This document shows positions 52,233 through 64,000 of a stretch of 64,000 bases of DNA, piece by piece. Numbering within the stretch: position 1 is the first letter of the stretch; each line of letters begins with the position of its first letter. Origin of the DNA: Octopus sinensis (lineage: Eukaryota); the NCBI RefSeq assembly GCF_006345805.1, contig NW_021836172.1, positions 1 through 64,000 on the forward strand. The letters run 5' to 3'. The translations under genes and the position numbers were made by a program. Under the pieces are notes generated by a model, which saw only the letters and a list, made by a program, of their open reading frames with translations, was not told the origin of the DNA and ran no database searches.

Positions 52233-52639
52233 CACAAAACATATATACTTTCATATACACATACCTAAACACAAAATCAAAGGGGCAGCGGGTTAACATC
52301 GATCCAGATTGCCTGTCAATGTCGCATCGTATCCCTTGGGCAACATTTTGTAACCAGCAAGAGTCGAAGTGCATCCCTTGACCCAGTTTGCACATATGAG
52401 GCTGATAACATCATAGGACTTGGAAGGCAGCTCTTTGAGCAACATTCCTCGTCCGATAACCTTAAATACATGTCCAAAGAAGTCGCACGACTCTACTGCA
52501 ATCTATCATCACATGAATGGATGAGCTGATATGAGCAGAAGACATTGCGTGGATATGTTAGTAGAAAGCTCCAAGATAAGGTGACAGTAACGTTGATCCA
52601 CAAAGCAATCTATCATGGACCAGTGGCGGAATTACTAGC

Positions 52640-53340
52640 TTCCACTTCGCAGGGTATGTGATTGCAATCCACGAACAGGAAATATCAACCAAATGCCTGA
52701 TGGACAAAAGGGAAAGAGATGCAGGGAAAGCAGTAAAATGACAACCGATGCCGACTTCGTAGAGTAAACACCGAAGATATCAACCACATCATAAGCAGTT
52801 GTCCAAAAATGTCATCACAGTATTATCTAGTGTTGAGAAATGATGTTGTATCTAGGAGACCCGATAATAAAAATCCGTCGGAAGTATAACCCTGAGGAGA
52901 AAGAAGAACCCACACTATGGTAGAAGCCATAGCCACTCATAATAAAAAGGAGTACGAGTGGAATGTTTCAGTGAATACCTCAATAAAAAGTAAGAAGAAC
53001 GGACCTGATATAATGATCTGGGATAGAAAAGGGAAACCAAACAGTTGTGGAAATTAGCTGCTCAGCGGATGTTAACATAAAGCTGAAGATCAGTGAAAAT
53101 GAGAACGCCTATACTGGAGTATTGAGAAATCTGCAGTTACTCTGTCCAGATTACAAATTCAGGTTTATACCTGTAAATATTGGGTCCCTAGGATATGAAA
53201 CGCACTGCCTAAATACCAATTTTGAGAAATTCGGCTTCTCAAAAGAAGAAAAGAGAAAGCGGATTCGAAGAGAATAGATCCAGTCCATCACTGGAACTGT
53301 AAGAATCTGTAAACTTTCCAGAAGTTTATTATTTAAATAT
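52640..53340 (+). mobile_element. Degraded RLE-type (R4-like) LINE 3' end
   Basis: INHIISSCPKMS, GPDIMIWD, EISCSADVNI...LQLLCPDYKFRFIPVNIGSLGY. Confidence 0.75.
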
Positions 53341-55481
53341 ATATGAGCATGTTAAGATATACAACTATATGCATGAGAATATATACATAAAACATACAAA
53401 TCTGTACACATATACATAAATACAAAAATACTCTGTTGCTGATGTTGAACTTCCTATGAAGGAACCTTAGATCTAGGTTAGAAACCGGCGCTTTCCCTAT
53501 TGGAAAGACATCAAGAAATAATATCATGGCATATAAATACGTTGCCATACTCAGTGCCCCGATCCATCATTCAGTGAGATATCCAAGTGCTAGATTTCTT
53601 CTATTGAATATCTTTAGAGCAGAACAAAAAAGATTTCTTTGATATTTGACAAAACTTCAAACATCATTTTTACAAAATCAATAACGTTTCTAAATTTTTA
53701 AAATTTTATTTATAGCATTTATGTTTCACTTTGTTTAGGGATAAACATTTATTGTATTCAAATCAAAATTAAAAGTAATTTTTTGTTTTTCGGATTTTAA
53801 GATTTTTCTTTGAAGTTCTTTAAAGTTTTGATGTAAAATACGATAATTCTACAGAAATATTTCTTTATTTAACAAATTATAACCTAGATTATTGCTTAAA
53901 ATACTGTATTTATATGTAATCTATAAAAATATATCAAATATATAGTCGTTTCAAATTTAATATGATGTTTCAGTCATATAATGCCATGCTATAACTTATA
54001 GAAGTCGAAATTTTACAACATTAAAATTAAGTTTATCAAATCGCATAACCAAGTTGTTAAAGACTTTCTAGCCATGGCCTTCTCATATGTATCCATTATC
54101 TAATATGTCTAATTCACGCAGTTATTTGGATACACCATCGTTGGTTTGTAATAAAGTTTGTTATAATTCCAGACAATGTTCAATAATTCTCTGACAAATA
54201 ATATCCGAGATAGAGAGAAAACATATTTCGTGCATTCCACATTAAAATGTTGATGTAGGATAAAGGTGTGGTGAGAGAAAAATATATATCTTGTCATGAA
54301 ATTGTTTGATATTTAAACAGTTCTTGTTTATTTCAACATATATATACAAATTATATTTCCAGAACAATTACATTTATATTCAAAGTTTAATATAAAAATG
54401 AAAATCAGTTTTAAAATTTCGTTGATTGAAAGAAGGAAGATGTCGTTGCAATGTCGGACACAATAACTTGTAGCATTTATTCTCTCTGTACGATCTGAGA
54501 TCAAATCCTGGTGCGGCCAACAATGCTTTCTTTTATCTTTCAGGGTGTTGATAAATAGAATAATAATCTAAGGGGGTGAACTTATGGAATATCTAGACAT
54601 TGGCCAAGATGCCTCTCAGCATTTAATCTCTTTTTCATTGGTGTTCTGAGTGCAAATCCCGCTGTGGCCTACCCGTGTAGTAAACTTAACCTAACCTTTA
54701 TTCTAACACTACCACTTGGCCCTTGGGGGTCACTTTAGCAGAGGATTTTGTTGTGGTATGTATCCATGTTAGGTATTTTGTGTTGAGGCTATCTTCCAGC
54801 CACCCATCATTCAGAGACACTGAGGAAAAAAGTTGGTTTACAGGCAGGACCCTTCTCACCCTCTCTAAGTGTATAAAATAAGGAAGTTTAGGAAGAAGAA
54901 CCGATTAATTTTACTGACATAAAATAGATTTACAAACTTAAATTTCACTTTATTAATAGAAATCCTGTGTAAACTACCAAAAATAATGTATTATCAAATG
55001 AACATTTTCATTCCTTTAGTTTCCCTTAAAGAGTTTTTTCATAGTGATAACCAAACTATGTTTTAGATTTCGGAAATGTAAATAAAAAAGTTTTACTTGT
55101 GACACTGTTAAATATTTTCCCACTTTTTAGTCGATAAAACACAAAACTAATTCCAATATAAAAGTATATTTATGTTTGAAATAGTTATAATGAATGTTTT
55201 TACAAGGTAAATGTGTTAGGAAATTGTATGTTAATTATAAGAAACATGACAGTAATATTTACCAGAGTTATAATCAGGTTTCAATTTCAGTCTGAAGTTC
55301 TTCTGTCTCAGGAGAGAGTCCCGTCTTTGCAAATCCAGTTCTTTAACTAGGCAAAAGCTTCTGTGAAGTTTATTATATACTATACACGGGTGGCGATTAT
55401 GTCCTCATGTATGTGGTTCTATGTTTTAGTGTGTGTACGTGTGTTTGTGTGTTTATGCTGCAGTATGTATATGTTGTAGTG

Positions 55482-55512
<31 letters not shown>

Positions 55513-55957
55513 TAGTCGTTTACATAAGGAAACTAATCTCACAAACTGAATGTTATATTTCTCTCCCCACCCCCCAATTACACTTTCTTTCTTTCTCTCT
55601 CAGATGACGTCAACTCCATCACCGCCACCTCCACCTCTTAAATTGACCTCTTTCTCTACAAACAACATTCAACGCTTCTCATGAATGCTTTTTGAGGCGT
55701 TTTGCTTCCTTCCAGACACACACACACACACACACACAAACACATACACACGTATATATATATATATACATAATTGTAAATATATACGTAATGCATACAT
55801 ACAAACGTTCTTATATATACACATATCCATACACATAAAAACATATATAAACATACATACATACATACACAGACATCTTCAACTCCATCATTTTCGGAAG
55901 ATTTATTTCTAAAATCGACTTTTCTCTGTTAAACCTGTTTACACACAAAACCCTCAC

Positions 55958-55999
<42 letters not shown>

Positions 56000-56015
56000 A
56001 AACCCTCACAACACA

Positions 56016-56054
<39 letters not shown>

Positions 56055-56246
56055 CCCTCACAACACACACACAAACACGCACACGCACACATACGCACGC
56101 ACACATACGCACGCACACTCATAGTTAATGTTTTGTCCTGTGCTGACCATGATGACTTCCTTGATGCAAAACCTTTGTGGTCAATAAAGAAATCATCATC
56201 ATCATCATCATCATCATAGCCATCATCATCATCGTCATCATCGTCG

Positions 56247-56301
<55 letters not shown>

Positions 56302-56308
56302 TAAAATA

Positions 56309-56510
56309 AAGCAGCGAGCTGGCAGAGCGTTAGCACGCCGGGCGAAATTCTTAACGGTATTCCGTCCGTCTTTAAGTTCAGAGTTCAAATTCCGTCAAGA
56401 TTGACATTGCTTTCATCCTTTCGGGGTCGATAAATGATGTACCAGTTGCGTACTAGGGTCGATGTAATCGACTTTTCGGCTCCCGCCAAGTTTCAGGTAT
56501 TGTGTCTATA
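56309..56510 (+). mobile_element. tRNA-SINE (family A)
   Basis: Same consensus as 12504-12719. Confidence 0.85.
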
Positions 56511-56519
56511 GGACAAAGG

Positions 56520-58720
56520 AAGGAGAGGTGTGCAGCCTTTCAACAGTTCTTTACTCGACTCTCAGGACGAGTGGTAGGACGCATAGCAGGGCAGACTTCG
56601 GTGTCCACCTGGTGGGCCTCCCGCGACACTCGGCGAGCGAGGCGGAGGGCTGCGAAAGGCCAATAACAGCCGCAGAAATACAGGAAGCGATGAACAGTTG
56701 CGTGAGAAGCAGATCGCCGGGTTTGGATGCCCTGCGTGCTTTATATTTCGATGCCAGGCTTGTTTTCGCGCCTCCTAGCAGACGTCTACCGCAAGTGGCA
56801 ACAAAATGAGAGAATTCCCCACTTTTGTGAATCGATGGGCGTTGGCACTACTGAGGAAGGACCCAAACAAGGAGAACGTTATAGAGAATTTCAGTTCCAT
56901 CAGTCTGCTCACTTCAGAGCTGAAGATTTTGGCCAAGGTGTTAGCCAAGAGATCGGCGCTTGTCGTAGACAAGCTGATTGGTGAGGCGCAGATATGTACC
57001 ATTCCAACCAGGACTATCCCGACAACCTCTACCTGATGCACTTCATCATAGAAAGGGTGGGTAACGAAACTGACATGGGCAGGGCTCTGATCAATTTAGA
57101 TCAAGCTAAAGCCTTCGATAGGGTCGAGCATCAATATTTGGCAGCTGATCTCAAGGCGGCCGGTTTCGGTCCGATTTTCTGCGGTTGGATCGCTGCTTCG
57201 TATAGCGACATCTGCTCGATTGCTTGGGAGAATGGTCACCTAACAGAACCATTCATTGTATTGCGCTCGGTCCGTCAAGGGTGACATCTTTCCTCCCATT
57301 TGTATGTACTGATTCTTGAGCCACTACAGCGGAAGTTGAAGGCATTGAGAGATAACCTGCGTAATCTAGGATATGGGAGAAGCGTGCCTGATTATCCTGA
57401 TGATGTCGCCGTGATAGTGTCGAGCCACAGGCACGCAAACCGGATAGGAAACACACTAAAAGCATATGAAGCAGAGACAGGAGCAAAAGTTAATGCGGAA
57501 AACTCAGTTGGCTTGCAACTCGGCACCTGGGGAGGCAAACCCATGTCGTTTAACAGCGTTGTGGGGCACTGGCAGATGGTCCGATGAAATTGCTCAAAGC
57601 CTGGTTCGGTGCAGACCTTATGTGGAGAACAATTGGGACGAAGTGACAAACAGGGTGGCCAATCGCACCCAGAAGTGGGCCGAGAGGAAACTACCCCTGA
57701 AAGGTCGAGCCGAGATGGCGAATGAGTACATCGCATCCGTCATCAACTACCGCTTGACTGTCGTCCCTTGCCTCGTTTTCTGGCTGATCCAGCTACTGCA
57801 CTTACAATTTCGCTTTCTGTGGAAGGGTGGCGTTCAACTGGTCAAGCGCGTCATCTGCTGTCAACGACCGCTGAACAGGAGCCTGGGCATGCCGTGGCTG
57901 CTGATGCGAAGACATGTGCTCAGGCGACGGCTTCTCCAGTGTTACCTTGACGGTAAGCAGGTGTGGTCATTGTTTGTCAGTCACACTTCGACAGCTCGTC
58001 TCTTTGACTGAGCTGCGATCCTGGACCAGGCGTAGACATAGTAGGGTAGCATGCCACCTTGAGTACTGTCAAGCTCTCACAGCCCTTCACCAGGCGAGGG
58101 AAAGTGCGAGGATATTCTCGGGGAAATTCTGGGTTTTGACGGAGATCAATTTACCGGTTTGTTCCGGAGGACTTTCGGGCCGGGGCCTATAGATAACACT
58201 CAGAAATCCATCACCTAACAATGCCACCCATGGGGCGCTACCCGCTCCAGACAAACTTTACCGGCACGGAAGTGCCGTCAGCCAGGCCTGTCGAGGTGCG
58301 CGCATAGCGACGAAACCGTTCAGCGTGCCCTCATCCAGTGCCCGAGTATTGCTGACCTGTGGGTTTATGCCGAACACCTGTAGTCACGTGTAGGACGGGA
58401 TTGGCTATTAGCTGAATCCCTCGTGAAGATTGCCCCGCCGCCTTCCATTGGTTGGGAGGAACAGGCAACTTTCATGTGTGTGGTGGCTGTAGCAAAAGAG
58501 GTAGTATGGTGGACTCGATTGAAAGAGCTAAAGTTAAACACTTTCCTCTTTGGCCAAGCCCTCATCAACTTTTTCAATTTTCAATTGAAAAGGAAAGTGA
58601 GGGTGGAGAGGGAAGTGTTGCCTTCTAGCAAGTTCATTGAAAGGTGGGTGAATATTGGAAGAATGGTCAGCGTGAAAGGACCTGTTCTGAGAATACACCT
58701 GGGAGTATTATATGGCTTAA
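56520..58720 (+). mobile_element. Tx1/L1-clade LINE, 5'-truncated ORF2 remnant
   Basis: PITAAEI...SPGLD; LDQAKAFDRVEH; VRQG; YPDDV; W..RKLPLKGRA; C-terminal C.RC...ETV...QCP. Confidence 0.9.
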
Positions 58721-58850
58721 TTCTTTTTTTTTTTGTATTTCTCCACGCAGAAAACCCTTTGCATCATCTTGTGTTGTCTTTTATGCTATCGCATGCCCTT
58801 TTATATATATTTATATTAGCCCTTGTGTCCAACGAAATAATAAATTATTA

Positions 58851-58909
<59 letters not shown>

Positions 58910-58943
58910 GTTATTATCATTATTATTATTATTATTATTATTA

Positions 58944-58989
<46 letters not shown>

Positions 58990-58992
<3 letters not shown>

Positions 58993-59296
58993 TAGTTTTA
59001 TTTTTATATCGTGCTATCACTTCCCTACCGAGCACAGCTCTGTGTGCCTTGGGTATGTGCTGTGATTTGTTGTGATGCTCTGATGGTTATTGTATGGAAA
59101 GTGTTCTGCGTAGGATGTGTGCAGTGCCTAGTAGTGCAATTTTCTGTATGTTATATGTTTGTAAGTCCTAGTGTTTTTGTTCTGTATTTGTCTGAATATT
59201 TTTTATCATGCCTAATGCACTTACTATGATAGGAATTGTTTCTGTTTTCAGATTCCACATTCTAGTTACCTCTATTTCCAGGTCTTTGTATTTTGA
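58990..59296 (-). mobile_element. ~300-bp 3' fragment of the same R4/Dong family as 1356-5420
   Basis: Aligns by eye with 1356-1665, same cagtagtt junction, (TTA)n on both sides. Confidence 0.9.
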
Positions 59297-59297
59297 G

Positions 59298-59344
<47 letters not shown>

Positions 59345-59355
59345 TATTATTATTA

Positions 59356-59409
<54 letters not shown>

Positions 59410-59626
59410 ATTATCATTATTACTATTATGATTATTATTGACAAATAAAAAGAAGAGTGTCATATCATGTGAAATTGGTTCAACGATATTTCGGTATCGA
59501 GCGTTGCCTTCCACAGGTTCAAGAATTACATGTGAGTCTAATTCAGTTTTAGTTAAGACTTTATAGGACCAACGTAACTCATCCAGAAGTTATACACAAA
59601 TAATCAGAAGAGTGCCATATCTTCTA

Positions 59627-59666
<40 letters not shown>

Positions 59667-59944
59667 AACACACCGGACGTGTTTTCGAACGCTCCAAATA
59701 AGTTCATTTCAAAATATTTATTTACACCAGGATTTGTGTCTTTTTGCAATGATTATTATATTTCAAGTTGTGAATAGAAGCACCAGGAACGTATTACTGG
59801 TTTTCTATGGTTGTGTAGCCTCCAGAAGAACTGTTTTCAACCCACCAAATACATTCGGTGGGCGTTAACATTTAATGGAATCAATACAGCTCAAAAAGAT
59901 GGCGGGGCGCCTCTTGAAAGAGTTGAAGAAAAGTAAAAAAAACA

Positions 59945-62900
59945 CTCCTACCAATATGGAATTGGGTTAGCAGAAGCAAAATAAATAGTCCTACCAATAT
60001 GGAATTGGGTTAGCAAAAGCAAAACAAATAGTCCTACCAATATGGAATTGGGTTAGCAAAAGCAAAACAAATAGTCCTATCAATATGGAATTGGGTTAGC
60101 AAAAGCAAAACAAATAGTCCTACCAATATGGAATTGGGTTAGCAAAAGCAAAACAAATAGTCCTACCAATATGGAATTGGGTTAGCAAAAGCAAAACAAA
60201 TAGTCCTACCAATATGGAATTGGGTTAGCAAAAGCAAAACAAATAGTCCTACCAATATGGAATTGGGTTAGCAAAAGCAAAACAAATAGTCCTACCAATA
60301 TGGAATTGGGTTAGCAAAAGCAAAAGAAATAGTCCTACCAATATGGAATTGGGTTAGCAAAAGCAAAACAAATAGTCCTATCAATATGGAATTGGGTTAG
60401 CAAAAGCAAAACAAATAGTCCTACCAATATGGAATTGGGTTAGCAAAAGCAAAACAAATAGTCCTACCAATATGGAATTGGGTTAGCAAAAGCAAAACAA
60501 ATAGTCCTACCAATATGGAATTGGGTTAGCAAAAGCAAAACAAATAGTCCTACCAATATGGAATTGGGTTAGCAAAAGCAAAAGAATAGTCCTACCAATA
60601 TGGAATTGGGTTAGCAAAAGCAAAACAAATAGTCCTACCAATATGGAATTGGTTAGCAAAAGCAAAACAAATAGTCCTACCAATATGGAATTGGGTTAGC
60701 AAAAGCAAAGAAATAGTCCTACCAATATGGAATTGGGTTAGCAAAAGCAAAAGAAATAGTCCTACCAATATGGAATTGGGTTAGCAAAAGCAAAACAAAT
60801 AGTCCTACCATATGGAATTGGGTTAGCAAAAGCAAAACAAATAGTCCTACCAATATGGAATTGGATTAGCAAAAGCAAAACAAATAGTCCTACCAATATG
60901 GAATTGGGTTAGCAAAAGCAAAACAAATAGTCCTACCAATATGGAATTGGGTTAGCAAAAGCAAAAGAAATAGTCCTACCAATATGGAATTGGGTTAGCA
61001 AAAGCAAAAGAAATAGCCCTACCAATATGGAATTGGGTTAGCAAAAGCAAAAGAAATAGTCCTACCAATATGGAATTGGGTTAGCAAAAGCAAAAGAAAT
61101 AGTCCTACCAATATGGAATTGGGTTAGCAAAAGCAAAAGAAATAGTCCTACCAATATGGAATTGGGTTAGCAAAAGCAAAAGAAATAGTCCTACCAATAT
61201 GGAATTGGGTTAGCAAAAGCAAAACAAATAGTCCTACCAATATGGAATGGGTTAGCAAAAGCAAAAGAAATAGTCCTACCAATATGGAATTGGGTTAGCA
61301 AAAGCAAAAGAAATAGTCCTACCAATATGGAATTGGGTTAGCAAAAGCAAAAGAAATAGTCCTACCAAATGGAATTGGGTTAGCAAAAGCAAAACAAATA
61401 GTCCTACAATATGGAATTGGGTTAGCAAAAGCAAAAGAAATAGTCCTACCAATATGGAATTGGGTTAGCAAAAGCAAAAGAAATAGTCCTACCAATATGG
61501 AATTGGGTTAGCAAAAGCAAAAGAAATAGTCCTACCAATATGGAATTGGGTTAGCAAAAGCAAAAGAAATAGTCCTACCAATATGGAATTGGGTTAGCAA
61601 AAGCAAAAGAAATAGTCCTACCAATATGGAATTGGGTTAGCAAAAGCAAAAGAAATAGTCCTACCAATATGGAATTGGGTTAGCAAAAGCAAAAGAAATA
61701 GTCCTACCAATATGGAATTGGGTTAGCAAAAGCAAAACAAATAGTCCTACCAATATGGAATTGGGTTAGCAAAAGCAAAAGAAATAGTCCTACCAATATG
61801 GAATTGGGTTAGCAAAAGCAAAAGAAATAGTCCTACCAATATGGAATTGGGTTAGCAAAAGCAAAAGAAATAGTCCTACCAATATGGAATTGGGTTAGCA
61901 AAAGCAAAAGAAATAGTCCTACCAATATGGAATTGGGTTAGCAAAAGCAAAAGAAATAGTCCTACCAATATGGAATTGGGTTAGCAAAAGCAAAACAAAT
62001 AGTCCTACCAATATGGAATTGGGTTAGCAAAAGCAAAAGAAATAGTCCTACCAATATGGAATTGGGTTAGCAAAAGCAAAACAAATAGTCCTACCAATAT
62101 GGAATTGGGTTAGCAAAAGCAAAAGAAATAGTCCTACCAATATGGAATTGGGTTAGCAAAAGCAAAAGAAATAGTCCTACCAATATGGAATTGGGTTAGC
62201 AAAAGCAAAAGAAATAGTCCTACCAATATGGAATTGGGTTAGCAAAAGCAAAAGAAATAGTCCTACCAATATGGAATTGGGTTAGCAAAAGCAAAAGAAA
62301 TAGTCCTACCAATATGGAATTGGGTTAGCAAAAGCAAAAGAAATAGTCCTACCAATATGGATTGGGTTAGCAAAAGCAAAAGAAATAGTCCTACCAATAT
62401 GGAATTGGGTTAGCAAAAGCAAAGAAATAGTCCTACCAATATGGAATTGGGTTAGCAAAAGCAAAAGAAATAGTCCTACCAATATGGAATTGGGTTAGCA
62501 AAAGCAAAACAAATAGTCCTACCAATATGGAATTGGGTTAGCAAAAGCAAAAGAAATAGTCCTACCAATATGGAATTGGGTTAGCAAAAGCAAAAGAAAT
62601 AGTCCTACCAATATGGAATTGGGTTAGCAAAAGCAAAAAAGAAATAGTCCTACCAATATGGAATTGGGTTAGCAAAAGCAAAACAAATAGTCCTACCAAT
62701 ATGGAATTGGGTTAGCAAAAGCAAAAGAAATAGTCCTACCAATATGGAATTGGGTTAGCAAAAGCAAAAGAAATAGTCCTACCAATATGGAATTGGGTTA
62801 GCAAAAGCAAAAGAATAGTCCTACCAATATGGAATGGGTTAGCAAAAGCAAAAGAAATAGTCCTACCAATATGGAATTGGGTTAGCAAAAGCAAAAGAAA

Positions 62901-64000
62901 TAGTCCTACCAATATGGAATTGGGTTAGCAAAAGCAAAAGAAATAGTCCTACCAATATGGAATTGGGTTAGCAAAAGCAAAAGAAATAGTCCTACCAATA
63001 TGGAATTGGGTTAGCAAAAGCAAAAGAAATAGTCCTACCAATATGGAATTGGGTTAGCAAAAGCAAAAGAAATAGTCCTACCAATATGGAATTGGGTTAG
63101 CAAAAGCAAAAGAAATAGTCCTACCAATATGGAATTGGGTTAGCAAAAGCAAAAGAAATAGTCCTACCAATATGGAATTGGGTTAGCAAAAGCAAAAGAA
63201 ATAGTCCTACCAATATGGAATTGGGTTAGCAAAAGCAAAAGAAATAGTCCTACCAATATGGAATTGGGTTAGCAAAAGCAAAGAAATAGTCCTACCAATA
63301 TGGAATGGGTTAGCAAAAGCAAAAGAAATAGTCCTACCAATATGGAATTGGGTTAGCAAAAGCAAAAGAAATAGTCCTACCAATATGGAATTGGGTTAGC
63401 AAAAGCAAAAGAAATAGTCCTACCAATATGGAATTGGGTTAGCAAAAGCAAAAGAAATAGTCCTACCAATATGGAATTGGGTTAGCAAAAGCAAAAGAAA
63501 TAGTCCTACCAATATGGAATTGGGTTAGCAAAAGCAAAAGAAATAGTCCTACCAATATGGAATTGGGTTAGCAAAAGCAAAAGAAAAGAAATAGTCCTAC
63601 CAATATGGAATTGGGTTAGCAAAAGCAAAAGAAATAGTCCTACCAATATGGAATTGGGTTAGCAAAAGCAAAAGAAATAGTCCTACCAATATGGAATTGG
63701 GTTAGCAAAAGCAAAAGAAATAGTCCTACCAATATGGAATTGGGTTAGCAAAAGCAAAAGAAATAGTCCTACCAATATGGAATTGGGTTAGCAAAAGCAA
63801 AAGAAATAGTCCTACCAATATGGAATTGGGTTAGCAAAGCAAAAGAAATAGTCCTACCAATATGGAATTGGGTTAGCAAAAGCAAAAGAAATAGTCCTAC
63901 CATATGGAATTGGGTTAGCAAAAGCAAAACAAATAGTCCTACCAATATGGAATTGGGTTAGCAAAAGCAAAAGAAATAGTCCTACCAATATGGAATTGGG
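59945..64000. repeat. 43-bp tandem satellite, ~94 copies, continuing past the window end
   Basis: Unit aatagtcctaccaatatggaattgggttagcaaaagcaaaa(c/g)a. Confidence 0.98.

Noticed and set aside
53445-53497. Hammerhead-like motif (cCTATGAaggaacc...ggttaGAAACCGGC)
   Set aside because: Core and cleavage triplet are both broken; at most a decayed copy
59474-59525. Hammerhead-like motif on the minus strand (CTGTGGA...ccGAAATATCGTT)
   Set aside because: Core deviates and the flanks (gaac/gaac) cannot form stem I
59945-64000. CRISPR-like array
   Set aside because: Units are contiguous and near-identical with no unique spacers, there are no cas genes, and the context is eukaryotic

Overview
Eukaryotic, AT-rich, repeat-dominated genomic DNA, most consistent with an octopus (inferred from the tRNA-derived SINE families, the RTE/R4/Tx1/Penelope/Helitron mix and the microsatellite load). 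The only clear host gene is a minus-strand adhesion-GPCR ectodomain (HRM-GAIN-GPS). I reconstructed 7 phase-compatible exons from 42124 down to 16662; one exon has an in-frame TAG, and no 7TM exon is recognisable in the window. The rest is degraded mobile DNA: a cluster of R4/Dong LINEs in (TAA)n arrays, Gypsy, Academ-like, Chapaev3-like, HERO-like, RTE, mariner, Helitrons, Tx1, many SINEs, and a 43-bp satellite filling the last 4 kb. The most striking unlisted signal is a set of type I hammerhead ribozyme motifs, four with intact cores plus about seven degenerate ones, tied to Penelope-like GIY-YIG remnants. One of these is a 3.4-kb element with ~450-bp inverted arms carrying identical hammerheads. 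Two intact hammerheads lie sense within one intron of the GPCR gene and have mutually complementary stem III sequences. All calls were made by eye; no database search or folding was run.
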